A stretch of 64,000 bases of DNA from Rhodospirillaceae bacterium (GTDB lineage: Bacteria; Pseudomonadota; Alphaproteobacteria; GCA-2731375). Positions within the stretch are counted from its first letter, which is position 1, and each line of letters begins with the position of its first letter. Below are positions 1 through 9,748 of the stretch, piece after piece. The notes beneath the pieces were generated by a model, which saw only the letters and a list, made by a program, of their open reading frames with translations, ran no database searches and had not been told where the DNA came from. The stretch lies in assembly GCA_018660265.1 (NCBI GenBank), contig JABJKS010000084.1:14036-78035 (forward strand). Reading direction: 5' to 3'. Both the position numbers and the translations under genes were made by a program.

Positions 1-1
1 T

Positions 2-1264
2 GATGCCCATCGTGGCGCAGCCGCCATTCTACCGAAAGGCTACGTTCTGGCTCTGGCCTGGACGGCACTGCGCGATGATGACCTAACGCCCCAGGCTGGT
101 CTGGCCTTCGCAGTGGCGCAGAATTGGGATGATTTTGTCGCAGCGCTGGCGGATTTCCACGCCCCGCAGCAAAATGTGGTTTACGCCGATATCAACGGCA
201 ACATCGGATACATCGCGCCTGGGCGCGTTCCCGTCCGATCAGCGGAGAACAAGGTCATGGGCACCATGCCCCAGCCGGGCTGGCAGGCCAAATATGATTG
301 GCAGGGTATCATTCCCTATGATGAATTGCCCCGTGCCTATAATCCCGGAAACGGCATCATCGCCACGGCGAACCACAAAATTATCGATGATGACTACCCC
401 CATCACATCACCTTCGATTGGGCTGCCGGCTTTCGCGCCCGACGTATCAAGGCCCTGTTGCAGGCGCGCCCGACCCATTCCGTAGATGGCTTTCGCGATA
501 TACAGGCCGATGCAATTTCCCCCTTCGCCCTGGCTGCCCTGCCCAAATTACTGGCGATCAAGCCAAATTCCGAATTAGCGAAAAAAGCCTTTGCGTTGCT
601 GCAACCATGGCAGGGTGAGATGGACCGGGATCAGGCCGCCCCCCTGATCTTTAATGCCTGGATATGGCAGTTTGCCAAACTGATCACGGCAGACGAACTC
701 AGCGGCATTCAGGCGGATGTCTGGGGCCGGCGCGGGCCTTTCGTGCTGCGGGTGTTGCAGGATCGCCCAGCCTGGTGCGATGACAAACGCAGCCAGGAAA
801 TTGAGAGCTGCGACGAAATGCTAGTCCGCGCCCTGGATCTTTCCGTTGCCTGGATTGAAGCACGCCATGGCAGCGATGTCGCGGCCTGGCGCTGGGGCGG
901 GGAGCATATGGCGCGTTCCAGCCATCGTCCCTTCGGCAAGGTCGACTATCTGGCAGATCTGTTCGATACAACCGTGCCCGTTTCGGGCAGTGTCTACACG
1001 GTGAATGTCGGGGATTTCCGGATTTTCGACCCGGATTGGCCCTTTGCATCGATCCATGGCCCCAGTTTGCGCGCGATCTATGACCTGGACGATCCGAACC
1101 GGTCCCTGTTCATTCATTCAACGGGCCAGTCCGGCAATCCTTTATCGGCCCATTACAGTGACATGGCCACGGCCTGGTCCCAGGGCAACTATTTACCCAT
1201 GAGCACCAACGCGGAAGATTATATGGTCGGTGCCATAGGCACCCTGCGCCTAATGCCCCAGTAA
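2..1264 (+). CDS. Penicillin acylase family Ntn-hydrolase, C-terminal part (5' end outside window)
   Basis: Frame open from base 2; motifs PQQNVVYADINGNIGY, NPGNGIIATANHK, HGPSLRAIYDL, STGQSGNPLSAHYSD. Confidence 0.9.
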   Translation, partial: DAHRGAAAILPKGYVLALAWTALRDDDLTPQAGLAFAVAQNWDDFVAALADFHAPQQNVVYADINGNIGYIAPGRVPVRSAENKVMGTMPQPGWQAKYDWQGIIPYDELPRAYNPGNGIIATANHKIIDDDYPHHITFDWAAGFRARRIKALLQARPTHSVDGFRDIQADAISPFALAALPKLLAIKPNSELAKKAFALLQPWQGEMDRDQAAPLIFNAWIWQFAKLITADELSGIQADVWGRRGPFVLRVLQDRPAWCDDKRSQEIESCDEMLVRALDLSVAWIEARHGSDVAAWRWGGEHMARSSHRPFGKVDYLADLFDTTVPVSGSVYTVNVGDFRIFDPDWPFASIHGPSLRAIYDLDDPNRSLFIHSTGQSGNPLSAHYSDMATAWSQGNYLPMSTNAEDYMVGAIGTLRLMPQ

Positions 1265-1311
1265 AGCGGCCCCAGTAAGGTGACCCCAGTAAGGCGGCAC
1301 CATAAATCTGA
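1256..1311. repeat. Degenerate 14-bp tandem repeat (3 good copies + 1 decayed) containing the upstream stop codon
   Basis: ccccagtaaagcgg / ccccagtaaggtga / ccccagtaaggcgg / caccataaatctga. Confidence 0.8.
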
Positions 1312-1388
1312 GCCTATACGCCAAGGGTGTTTCAGCGTTAACATGTTGAAGATCACGGGATCGAGATAACCGAGGCGGGAGAGCGAGA

Positions 1389-2453
1389 ATGGCATATTCA
1401 GTATTCGTAGGTGCGGGACAGTGGGTTGGTGTTGCGGATGAGGCTCAGGGTTTCTTCGGCTTTGATCCCGAACAAGGTGAATGGCAAGCCATATCAGAGG
1501 GTCTGCCCGCCACTCTTGAAGTTCGCTATGTCGCCATTCGCCCGGATCAACCGAAAACCGTATACGCGGGCACCCAGGCCGGCCCCTATAGATCCGACGA
1601 TGGCGGGGAAAGTTGGCAGGCCCTGCCATTGCCGGCCGGAACGTCGGAGGAAGACAGTGTTGTCTGGTCCATCTGCCTTGATCCGAACGATCCCGAGACG
1701 GTGTATGTGGGCACCCAGGGCACGACCGTGTTCCGCAGCCGTAATAGTGGCGAAGATTGGCAGCGCCTCGCCATCAGCTCACCCGATGGTGCGCTAAAGG
1801 CGAATTTCCCCATGCGGGTGATCCGCATTTCCGTATCCAACGAGAATTCCGACCATATCATCGTGGCCTTTGAAATCGGCGGTCTGGTGCGCAGCCGCGA
1901 CGGCGGGGAAACCTGGGAGAGTTGCAACAAGGCTCTGTTGGAGATGACGGAACAACCTCATCTGAAAAGCGCCATCGTCTCCGACAATGAAATTGAGGGC
2001 ATGATGGATTCCCACGCCCTGGCTTTGAGCCCCCGTCATCCGGGCACGATCTGGCTGGCCAATCGCATGGGGTTATTCCGCAGCGACGATCAAGGCACGG
2101 ATTGGACCGAATTCGGCATCGGGCGTTTTTCGCCCCTGACCTATGCCCGGGACGTCATGGTCTCGGAGCATGATGCAGACCGCATGTATGCCGCCCTGTC
2201 CGTGGCCGCGACGAGTGATGAAGGCTCGCTCTACCGCAGTGATGATTTCGGCACCACCTGGTCGCGCTTTGATCATGGCGTCTCTATCGACAGCACCTTG
2301 ATGGCCGTGGCGGAAAGCGTCACGACACCGGACAGGGTCTATTGCGCGGCACGGCGGGGACAAATTTTTGGCACGGAAGACGGCGGCAAAAGCTGGCAAA
2401 CCCACCAGCTCCCCAACGGTGTACAAGGCGTCTACGCCCTCGCCTGCGCATAA
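1389..2453 (+). CDS. BNR/Asp-box repeat beta-propeller protein
   Basis: Repeated SxDxGxxW boxes (RSDDGGESW, RSRDGGETW, RSDDQGTDW, RSDDFGTTW, TEDGGKSW). Confidence 0.85.
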   Translation: MAYSVFVGAGQWVGVADEAQGFFGFDPEQGEWQAISEGLPATLEVRYVAIRPDQPKTVYAGTQAGPYRSDDGGESWQALPLPAGTSEEDSVVWSICLDPNDPETVYVGTQGTTVFRSRNSGEDWQRLAISSPDGALKANFPMRVIRISVSNENSDHIIVAFEIGGLVRSRDGGETWESCNKALLEMTEQPHLKSAIVSDNEIEGMMDSHALALSPRHPGTIWLANRMGLFRSDDQGTDWTEFGIGRFSPLTYARDVMVSEHDADRMYAALSVAATSDEGSLYRSDDFGTTWSRFDHGVSIDSTLMAVAESVTTPDRVYCAARRGQIFGTEDGGKSWQTHQLPNGVQGVYALACA

Positions 2454-2463
2454 TGGTCCGCAC

Positions 2464-3222
2464 TTGAGGATTTTCGCCGCAATTGCCGTGGCCGTCACTG
2501 CACTTATCCTGCCGGTCGCTGCGTCATACGGTGACACACTATTTATTGAGGAAATGACGTCCGCGGAAGTGGCGATGGCGTTGCAACGGGGCGTACGAAC
2601 GATAATCGTCCCAACGGGCGGCATCGAACAGGGCGGCCCGCATCTGATCACCGCGAAACACAACCACATAGTGCGCCATACCGCAGCAGCGGTGGCACAG
2701 GGCCTTGGTGATGCCTTGGTCGCGCCTGTCGTGGTCTACGTGCCTCAGGGACAGATCGAACCACCCCAAGGGCACATGAAGTTTCCGGGCACGGTCAGCC
2801 TACCGGAACCGGTTTTTAAAGCGGTGTTGGAGAACATTGCCCGCAGTTTCAAGGCCCACGGCTTCACTGAAATTCTGTTTCTGGGCGATAGCGGCGGCAA
2901 TCAACGCAGTCAAAACGCCGTGGCGGACAAATTGAACCAGGAATGGGCCGGCACGAACACCCGCGCCCTGCATCTATCAGACTATTATGATCCGGAAGCA
3001 AACGGACAGTTCGCCTGGATGCGTCAAAACGGCCTCTCTACCGCCGCCATCCCCGGCCATGGCGACCTGCGGGATACCTCGGAACTCATGGCGGTCTACC
3101 CGAATGGCGTTCGCGGCCAACCCCATGGTGCATCGGCGACCCTGGGCCGCATCTTTCTGGATTTGAAAATCACCGCAGCTCTGTCCCAGGTCCGGCGTTG
3201 GCGGGCCGGGTTCAAGAATTAA
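2464..3222 (+). CDS. Creatininase family protein with probable signal peptide (TTG start inferred)
   Basis: IEEMT, PTGGIEQGGPHL, HMKFPGTVSL, GDSGGNQ, GHGDLRDTSELM; hydrophobic N-terminus LRIFAAIAVAVTALILPVAA. Confidence 0.8.
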   Translation: MRIFAAIAVAVTALILPVAASYGDTLFIEEMTSAEVAMALQRGVRTIIVPTGGIEQGGPHLITAKHNHIVRHTAAAVAQGLGDALVAPVVVYVPQGQIEPPQGHMKFPGTVSLPEPVFKAVLENIARSFKAHGFTEILFLGDSGGNQRSQNAVADKLNQEWAGTNTRALHLSDYYDPEANGQFAWMRQNGLSTAAIPGHGDLRDTSELMAVYPNGVRGQPHGASATLGRIFLDLKITAALSQVRRWRAGFKN

Positions 3223-3229
3223 GGAAATT

Positions 3230-3757
3230 CTATTTCGGCCCATACAAACGACGTAGGTGCAGATCGTTGACGGTTACGGTGCCGGCCAAAAGGTCGTGCA
3301 GGCAGCGGCCACGGGGATTAAAGAACGAAACCGCCAAAATCAGAAAATTGGTGAGGGCGACCGAGGCGATAAACAGCACTGTCTGTAGCGCCGCCTGGGC
3401 ATAGCCGGGACGCTGGCCATTCCAGGCCACAACGCGTAAATCCATCACCCGCATACCCACCGTGGCATTCGAGGCACTGCCAATCGTCAGGGTGTGGTAG
3501 GCGAAGGGCAGCAAAAAAGCTGCCAGGCTCAAAACCGGAAACAACAGCCCCAAGGTGATCAAGGCAAAAAAGCTGCCGAAAATCCACAATGCCAGCCATA
3601 AACAGACGATAATTGCCAGATCGATGCCGTAGGCAATCAGACGTTTGATCCGAATACCGTCGTAAAGTTCCGGCGCATCAAGGGCATTTGGTGCCTCTTC
3701 CGCCCAGAACTGCTGGCCACGGTCTTTATCAAGCTTAGCTATGGATATCGCGCGCAC
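3230..3757 (-). CDS. RDD family membrane protein
   Basis: KRLIAYGIDL, ATVGMRVMDL, RCLHDLLAGT motifs. Confidence 0.85.
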   Translation of the reverse strand: MRAISIAKLDKDRGQQFWAEEAPNALDAPELYDGIRIKRLIAYGIDLAIIVCLWLALWIFGSFFALITLGLLFPVLSLAAFLLPFAYHTLTIGSASNATVGMRVMDLRVVAWNGQRPGYAQAALQTVLFIASVALTNFLILAVSFFNPRGRCLHDLLAGTVTVNDLHLRRLYGPK

Positions 3758-3865
3758 CTTGAAACCCTTCCCTTTGCATCATCGTTATCATGACAGATAG
3801 GGTTATATTACCTCAATGCCACTCGGATTTCTGGATGGGAAGTCCGGACGGCCCGGATATTGCCG

Positions 3866-4798
3866 CTAATTATCGATGGGACCAGGGGGTGCGGATGGCG
3901 TAATCGCGGCCTCTCGCAGCAGTACGATTGAAATACGGCGATTGGTCGGCAGGGTTGGATCCTCGGGCACCAAGGGCTCGGTCGCCGCCTTGCCGCTGAC
4001 GGTGGCGATACGGCTTATGGGCACGCCAAAATCAACCAGGGCCCGGCGGGACGCATTGGCGCGTTCGGCGGAAAGCTCCCAGTTGCTGTAACCATTCCGA
4101 CCCCGAAAAGGCACCGAGTCCGTATGGCCGGAAATAGCAATCTGGTTTGGCATCCGATGGATAATGTCGGCTACCGTTTCCAGTATCTTTTTCAGATTTT
4201 CCTGCATTTTTGAACCGCCGGAGGGAAACATCGAGGTGTTTTCCGCGTCCACCAACTGAATACGCATGCCTTCGGGCGTATTATCAATAATCAAATTCTG
4301 CGCCATATCCGCTAGACCGGGCGAATCGTTCATGGCCTCGCGCAAGGCTTCCTCGGCCTTATCAAACTCTTCCTGTTCCCGCTCCGCCATCTGTTGGAGG
4401 AGTTCCTCTTCCTCCAACTCACCGGATTCTTGCCCCGCCTCACCCTCTCTGTCCGCCTCATCTTCCGCGGCAGGCTTTCGTTGCCGGGGCGGTGTCATCT
4501 CCATCACAACCGTTGGCGGCGAGTTTTGTCCAACCCGGGCACCTTCCACCGACATCGACGTACCGCCCATGAGACCGCCACTGCCCGATGTGGATTTAGA
4601 TGCAGCGGATGGTGCGAAATAGTCAGCTATGCCATGTCTCTGTTCATCCGTGGTCACATTCAACAGCCACAGCAGTAGAAAAAAGGCCATCATCGCGGTC
4701 ACAAAATCCGCATAAGCAACCTTCCACGCGCCACCGTGATGGCCACCGCCACCCTTGACGATCTTCTTAATTACAATTGTGCCTTGGCCGTTTGACAT
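3866..4798 (-). CDS. motB: Flagellar motor stator protein MotB
   Basis: GAWKVAYADFVTAMMAFFLLLWL; OmpA-like GHTD...NWELSAERANA...NRRISI. Confidence 0.95.
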   Translation of the reverse strand: MSNGQGTIVIKKIVKGGGGHHGGAWKVAYADFVTAMMAFFLLLWLLNVTTDEQRHGIADYFAPSAASKSTSGSGGLMGGTSMSVEGARVGQNSPPTVVMEMTPPRQRKPAAEDEADREGEAGQESGELEEEELLQQMAEREQEEFDKAEEALREAMNDSPGLADMAQNLIIDNTPEGMRIQLVDAENTSMFPSGGSKMQENLKKILETVADIIHRMPNQIAISGHTDSVPFRGRNGYSNWELSAERANASRRALVDFGVPISRIATVSGKAATEPLVPEDPTLPTNRRISIVLLREAAITPSAPPGPIDN

Positions 4799-4856
4799 GT
4801 CTTATTCTGCCGCGATCCAGATATCCATTAAGTCTGCCCGCCCCCTAAGTCAGCGC

Positions 4857-5714
4857 CTAAGCCGGTGCCAATTCAGAGGTCGCATCCTCCAATTCCGTAA
4901 ACGACGGCCGGTCGTGGCTCGCCAAGGTCTTGCGCGCGAATTCAACGGAGATCGCCGGGGCATAGCCCTGAACATGGGCCAGCACACCAGCCTTCATACA
5001 CTCCAGGTATTTGAATTCCGCATCACAATAACTGGTCAGATAGGCTCCCATGGGGCTGACCACGCCATAGGCCATAAAAATGCCGAAAAACGTGCCGACC
5101 AGGGCAGCACCGATCAATCCACCCAGAACTTCGGGCGGTTCCGAGATAGAGCCCATGGTGACGATAACGCCCAACACCGCCGCTACGATGCCAAAGGCAG
5201 GAAGCCCTTCGCCCAAACCTGCAACTGCATGGGCAACTGAATGGGCCTCATGTTTACGGGATTCAATATCCTCGTCCATCATAGCTTCAAGCTCATGAGG
5301 ATTCTCCGTGCCCATGGTGATCAGGCGTAAGGTATCGCAAAGGAAATCAGAGGCATCATGGTTCTTCATAAAAGTCGGATAAATGGAGAAAATGGCACTT
5401 TCATCCGGGTTTTCAATATGGGCTTCCAAAGCCAAGGCACCCTTACTTTTCGCCAGCTTGAACAGGGAAAACTGCAGACATAACAGCTCCACATAATCCT
5501 GTTTTCCATAGGGCGCGCTTTTCAGCAGCCGGCCCAGATGCTTGCCCGTGGCCATGGTTACGTCTTTCGGGTTGGAAATGATGAACCCACCCACTGCCGC
5601 GCCCAAAATGATCAGGAATTCTAATGGTTGCCAGAGCACCCGGAAGTCTCCATGCGGTGCATAACCGCCAGCCACGGAGCCAAAAACCACTACTAATCCA
5701 ATTATGAAAAACAT
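4857..5714 (-). CDS. motA: Flagellar motor stator protein MotA
   Basis: LPAFGIVAAVLGV, GAALVGTFFGI, VEFARK; adjacent to motB. Confidence 0.95.
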   Translation of the reverse strand: MFFIIGLVVVFGSVAGGYAPHGDFRVLWQPLEFLIILGAAVGGFIISNPKDVTMATGKHLGRLLKSAPYGKQDYVELLCLQFSLFKLAKSKGALALEAHIENPDESAIFSIYPTFMKNHDASDFLCDTLRLITMGTENPHELEAMMDEDIESRKHEAHSVAHAVAGLGEGLPAFGIVAAVLGVIVTMGSISEPPEVLGGLIGAALVGTFFGIFMAYGVVSPMGAYLTSYCDAEFKYLECMKAGVLAHVQGYAPAISVEFARKTLASHDRPSFTELEDATSELAPA

Positions 5715-5804
5715 TTATCGTCCACTAATTTATGCCTAAAACAACGCCAGGGCAGCAATAGTCCGCAAGACCACTTCGTCCAGTCTGGATGCTGGGCAAA
5801 TAAG

Positions 5805-5820
5805 GTTAAGATAGCGTTAG
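5805..5820 (-). promoter_or_regulatory. Putative CtrA binding site upstream of motA
   Basis: Minus strand CTAA-cgctatc-TTAAC, one mismatch to TTAA-N7-TTAAC, about 90 bp upstream of motA. Confidence 0.55.
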
Positions 5821-6070
5821 CTTAAGTCCCGGTCAGCGTTGATTATTTCGGACATTTGCCTTTGCGCGCCTCTGTATGGAAAGCGCCCCTGATACAAGTC
5901 AGTTGGGATTATTTGCCTTTTGCTGCGTCAAAAATCTCGAATGTCGTGGATTTTCCGCGCAATCATTCTAAAATTGCTTCATGCAGCGTGACCGTTGCGG
6001 CGACAGTTCAAAGCAGGGGCAATGAAGCGCCGCAGCGAATGTGTGATAAGTGGGGAGCATAACCGTCATC

Positions 6071-6568
6071 ATGAAAATTCAAGAGACTGTGCAGATTGAT
6101 CAACGGGCTTTTCGAGATGCCATGGGCTGTTTTGCCTCTGCTGTCACAGTGATCTCCACCACGACAAAAGACGGCCAAGCCGTCGGTACCACTGTAAATT
6201 CATTCAATTCCGTTTCTTTGGATCCGCCCTTGGTGTTGTTTTGCCTGGGCCGGGAGGCGACGAATTTTGATCACTTTATGTCTTCGGGCCGATTTGCCGT
6301 AAATATTCTGCGCCAGGATCAGGATCATATCTCAACCGGGTTCGCATCCGATGGTTCAAATTTTTTCCAGACGTTGGAGAGCGAGACCTCCAACCTGGGC
6401 AATCCCCTGGTACCCAACACTCTGGCGACATTTGATTGTGAAATAGATGCCATCCACGATGGCGGCGATCATATCATCCTGATCGGGCGGGTCAGCGAAT
6501 TGCGGCACGATCCCGAAGGCGACCCCTTGCTATACTATCGCGGTCGCTACGGCGCGGTGACGACCTAA
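6071..6568 (+). CDS. Flavin reductase-like protein (HpaC/RutF family)
   Basis: FRDAMGCFASAVTVIST, SVSLDPPLV, GGDHIILIG, PLLYYRGRY. Confidence 0.92.
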   Translation: MKIQETVQIDQRAFRDAMGCFASAVTVISTTTKDGQAVGTTVNSFNSVSLDPPLVLFCLGREATNFDHFMSSGRFAVNILRQDQDHISTGFASDGSNFFQTLESETSNLGNPLVPNTLATFDCEIDAIHDGGDHIILIGRVSELRHDPEGDPLLYYRGRYGAVTT

Positions 6569-6578
6569 GAACACTTAG

Positions 6579-7805
6579 TCAACCAGCGTCCGGCGTATCT
6601 ATCAATTCCCGTACTTTGTAGCCGGCGGCACTTATGGCAGTGGTAATGTCTTCAATATGATCCCGGTCCCGGCTTTCCAGAACCAAGTCCAGCTCCGCCA
6701 GCTTCGCAGGGACTCCGGGGAAATTTCGTTGATGTTGCACTTCCAGGATATTGCCCCCCGCATCGCCAACCAATTGCGCCACCTTGGCCAGTGCACCTGG
6801 CCGGTCACTGATTTCCACCCGCATGCGGGTTATCCGACCGGACCGGATCAGGCCGCGCAACAGGATGGATGACAGCATGCGGGTATCAATATTACCGCCG
6901 CACAGGATCAACCCCACAACCCGGCCCTTAAAGCGTTCCCGATTGGCCAATAGTGCGGCTAAACCGGCCGCACCCGCTCCTTCGGTCACGGTTTTCTCCA
7001 CCGTGATCAAAAGATCTATGGCCTGTTCAAAATTCTCTTCCGAGAGCAATAATATATCACTGACCAGTTCATCAATGATCGGCAATGTCAGGTTGCCCGG
7101 CTGAGACACCGCGATACCTTCGGCAATGGTCTGCCCGCCGCAATCATTGGCCAGGCCATGACGGGCCTGATAGGCGGATGGATATAGCTGACTTTCGACG
7201 CCGATAATCGCGATGTCCGGCTTGATGGCCCGGGCCGCGATGGCATTGCCGGCGATCAGACCGCCGCCGCCAATGGGCACGATCAAAGTATCGATCTGGG
7301 GTGCAACTGCCAGCATTTCCAAGGCGATGGTGCCTTGTCCGGCAATGATCGCAGGATCATTGTAAGGATGGATATAGGTCAGGTTCCGTTGCGCACAGAT
7401 TTCCGCAGCGCTGATTGCAGCTTCATCCACTGTATCCCCTGAAAGTATGATTTCCGCACCCAGATCCCGGGTCTGGCGTACTTTCACATTCGGGGTGCCC
7501 ACGGGCATGACGATTGTGGCCGGCACGCCCAGGCGTTTGGCATGATAGGCCACGCCCTGGGCATGATTTCCGGCGGAATTTGCGATTACACCTGCCGCCC
7601 GCGCCGTTTCATCCAGCTGAAGCAGTTTGATCAACGCGCCGCGGTCTTTGAACGAGCCGGTGAATTGCAGATTCTCGAATTTCAGATAGACCTCCGCACC
7701 GGTGATCTGCGATAGGGTCTGGGAATGGGAGCACGGGGTCTCGACCACAATCCCGGCCATTTGCGCCTGCGCCCGGCGAATGTCTTCGTAGCTGACTTGA
7801 TGCAT
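6579..7805 (-). CDS. ilvA: Threonine ammonia-lyase (PLP-dependent) with C-terminal ACT domain
   Basis: KFENLQFTGSFKDRGA, SAGNHAQG, PIGGGGL, CGGNID; ACT DRPGALAKV. Confidence 0.9.
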   Translation of the reverse strand: MHQVSYEDIRRAQAQMAGIVVETPCSHSQTLSQITGAEVYLKFENLQFTGSFKDRGALIKLLQLDETARAAGVIANSAGNHAQGVAYHAKRLGVPATIVMPVGTPNVKVRQTRDLGAEIILSGDTVDEAAISAAEICAQRNLTYIHPYNDPAIIAGQGTIALEMLAVAPQIDTLIVPIGGGGLIAGNAIAARAIKPDIAIIGVESQLYPSAYQARHGLANDCGGQTIAEGIAVSQPGNLTLPIIDELVSDILLLSEENFEQAIDLLITVEKTVTEGAGAAGLAALLANRERFKGRVVGLILCGGNIDTRMLSSILLRGLIRSGRITRMRVEISDRPGALAKVAQLVGDAGGNILEVQHQRNFPGVPAKLAELDLVLESRDRDHIEDITTAISAAGYKVRELIDTPDAG

Positions 7806-7884
7806 CTTTTGTCCATCCCCTTTGAAAACTTCAACGTAGACCATTAACTTGCACATTCACCCTATCGATGGCCATGATAGAACC

Positions 7885-9723
7885 ATGATGGTGATAGATC
7901 CCAGCTGGCAAATGTGGGCGACCTTCGCGCTGATCGCAGGTGCCATTGTGCTGTACGCAACAGAGAGGTTCCCACTCGAACAGACCTCTTTGGCATTGCT
8001 GACCGCGCTATTGTTGCTGTTTCATTTTGCCCCCCTTGACGTTGACGGGAAAAATTTGGATGCCCGCGCGCTGTTGGCAGGTTTCGCTGATCCGGCCCTG
8101 ATCGCTGTACTCGCCTTAATGGTCGTTGGCCAAGGTCTGATACGCACCGGGGCCCTGGACGAAGGCATCCGCTGGATTAGCCAGCGTTTTCAGCGCACCC
8201 CGGCCCTGGCCATGATGCTGATCTTGGTGATCATCGCCACTCTGAGCGCATTTATCAACAATACGCCCATTGTGGTGATCTTTATTCCCGTCATGGCCGC
8301 CGTCGCCGAACGGCTGAACCGGGGGCCGTCGCGTCTGATGATGCCGTTGAGTTTTGCAGCCATTCTGGGCGGCATGGTGACCTTGATCGGCTCTTCAACA
8401 AACTTGCTGGTGGCTGGCGCCGCAGCGAGCATGGGGCAGCCATCTTTGGGGTTTTTCGATTTTGCCGTACCGGGCAGCCTGCTGGCGGTTGTGGGTTTGT
8501 GCTATGTCGTATGGATCCTGCCACGCCTGTTGCCCGAACGCGCCTCCATGGCGAGCGAGATCGCGGGAGAGGGTAAGCAATTCATCGCCCAAATTGACGT
8601 TCGCCCCGGCTCCCCCCTGGTGGGGCAGGCGGCGGTTGCGGGGATGATCCCGCATCTGCAAGGCATGACCGTGCGCCTGATACAGCGGGGGGAGGAAAGT
8701 CACCTGCCCCCGTTTGAAGACGTGATCCTACGCCCCGGCGACACAGTGGTGGTTGCGGCAACCCGAAACCTGTTGACAGAGGCCCTGGAACGCACGCCCG
8801 AGCTTGTCGAAACCGGAGACAGTGCAGAGGCGGGCGACGAACACGCCGACGCCTCCCGTACCCCGGCCAACAGCGTGCTGGCGGAGGTCATGGTCACGCC
8901 GGCTTCCCGTGTTATTGGGCGCAATCTTCGCCTGGTAGGGTTTCATTATCATACCGGCTGCGTCATCCTCGGCGTACAGCGCCGCTCTCGCATGGTGCGC
9001 GGACGGATGGAGGATATTCGTTTGGAGGCAGGCGACGTCCTGTTAGTTCTGGGGCCCCGTGAACGGGTAACCGATCTGCGTTTCAGCCGCGAAGTATTAT
9101 TGATCGAATGGTCCACCCACGAACTGCCGTCCCGGCGACGGGCCAAGGCAGCTTTGGCTGTTTTCGCTGGCGTCGTGGCCATCGCCGCAACGGGTCTGGT
9201 ACCCATCGCTCTGGCGGCGCTGTTGGGTGCCGTGGCGATGATCGGGCTCGGTTGCCTCAACGTTCGCCAGGCGGCCCGCGCCGTGGACCGGCAGGTGGCA
9301 ATGCTGGTGGCCGCAGCCCTGGCCATGGGCACGGCGTTGCAGGCCACGGGGGGTGCGGCCTATTTGGCGCAACATTTAATCGATGCCTTGGCACACGCGG
9401 GGCCCGCCGTGTTACTGTCCGCTCTGTTCGCCCTGGTCGCGGTCCTGACCAACGTGCTGTCGAATGCCGCGACCGCTGTTTTATTCACGCCGATCGCCAT
9501 TAACACCGCCCTTGCCTTGGGTGTGGAACCGACTGCCTTTATTCACGCGGTCATTTTCGCGGCCAATTGTTCCTTCGCCACGCCCATGGGTTACCAAACG
9601 AATTTGCTGGTTATGGGCCCCGGTCATTATCGCTTTAGCGATTATTTTCGTGGAGGTTTACCCTTGATCGTGTTGATTTGGCTTGCTTTTTCCCTATTTG
9701 CACCATGGTATTATGGATTCTGA
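7885..9723 (+). CDS. SLC13/CitMHS family permease with TrkA-C domains
   Basis: SAFINNTPIV, LIGSSTNLLV, two TrkA-C-like soluble segments, SFATPMGYQTNLLV. Confidence 0.9.
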   Translation: MMVIDPSWQMWATFALIAGAIVLYATERFPLEQTSLALLTALLLLFHFAPLDVDGKNLDARALLAGFADPALIAVLALMVVGQGLIRTGALDEGIRWISQRFQRTPALAMMLILVIIATLSAFINNTPIVVIFIPVMAAVAERLNRGPSRLMMPLSFAAILGGMVTLIGSSTNLLVAGAAASMGQPSLGFFDFAVPGSLLAVVGLCYVVWILPRLLPERASMASEIAGEGKQFIAQIDVRPGSPLVGQAAVAGMIPHLQGMTVRLIQRGEESHLPPFEDVILRPGDTVVVAATRNLLTEALERTPELVETGDSAEAGDEHADASRTPANSVLAEVMVTPASRVIGRNLRLVGFHYHTGCVILGVQRRSRMVRGRMEDIRLEAGDVLLVLGPRERVTDLRFSREVLLIEWSTHELPSRRRAKAALAVFAGVVAIAATGLVPIALAALLGAVAMIGLGCLNVRQAARAVDRQVAMLVAAALAMGTALQATGGAAYLAQHLIDALAHAGPAVLLSALFALVAVLTNVLSNAATAVLFTPIAINTALALGVEPTAFIHAVIFAANCSFATPMGYQTNLLVMGPGHYRFSDYFRGGLPLIVLIWLAFSLFAPWYYGF

Positions 9724-9748
9724 AACAAAATTAGTGTAATTCGATTCC

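Noticed and set aside
1256..1311. Short repeat arrays (also 36427, 42925, 46663) as CRISPR
   Set aside because: Units are 9-15 bp, contiguous and spacer-less, and no cas genes are present
3866..5714. motAB as a Zorya-type defence pair
   Set aside because: Canonical flagellar stator motifs and lengths, no long ZorA tail and no zorC/D/E neighbours
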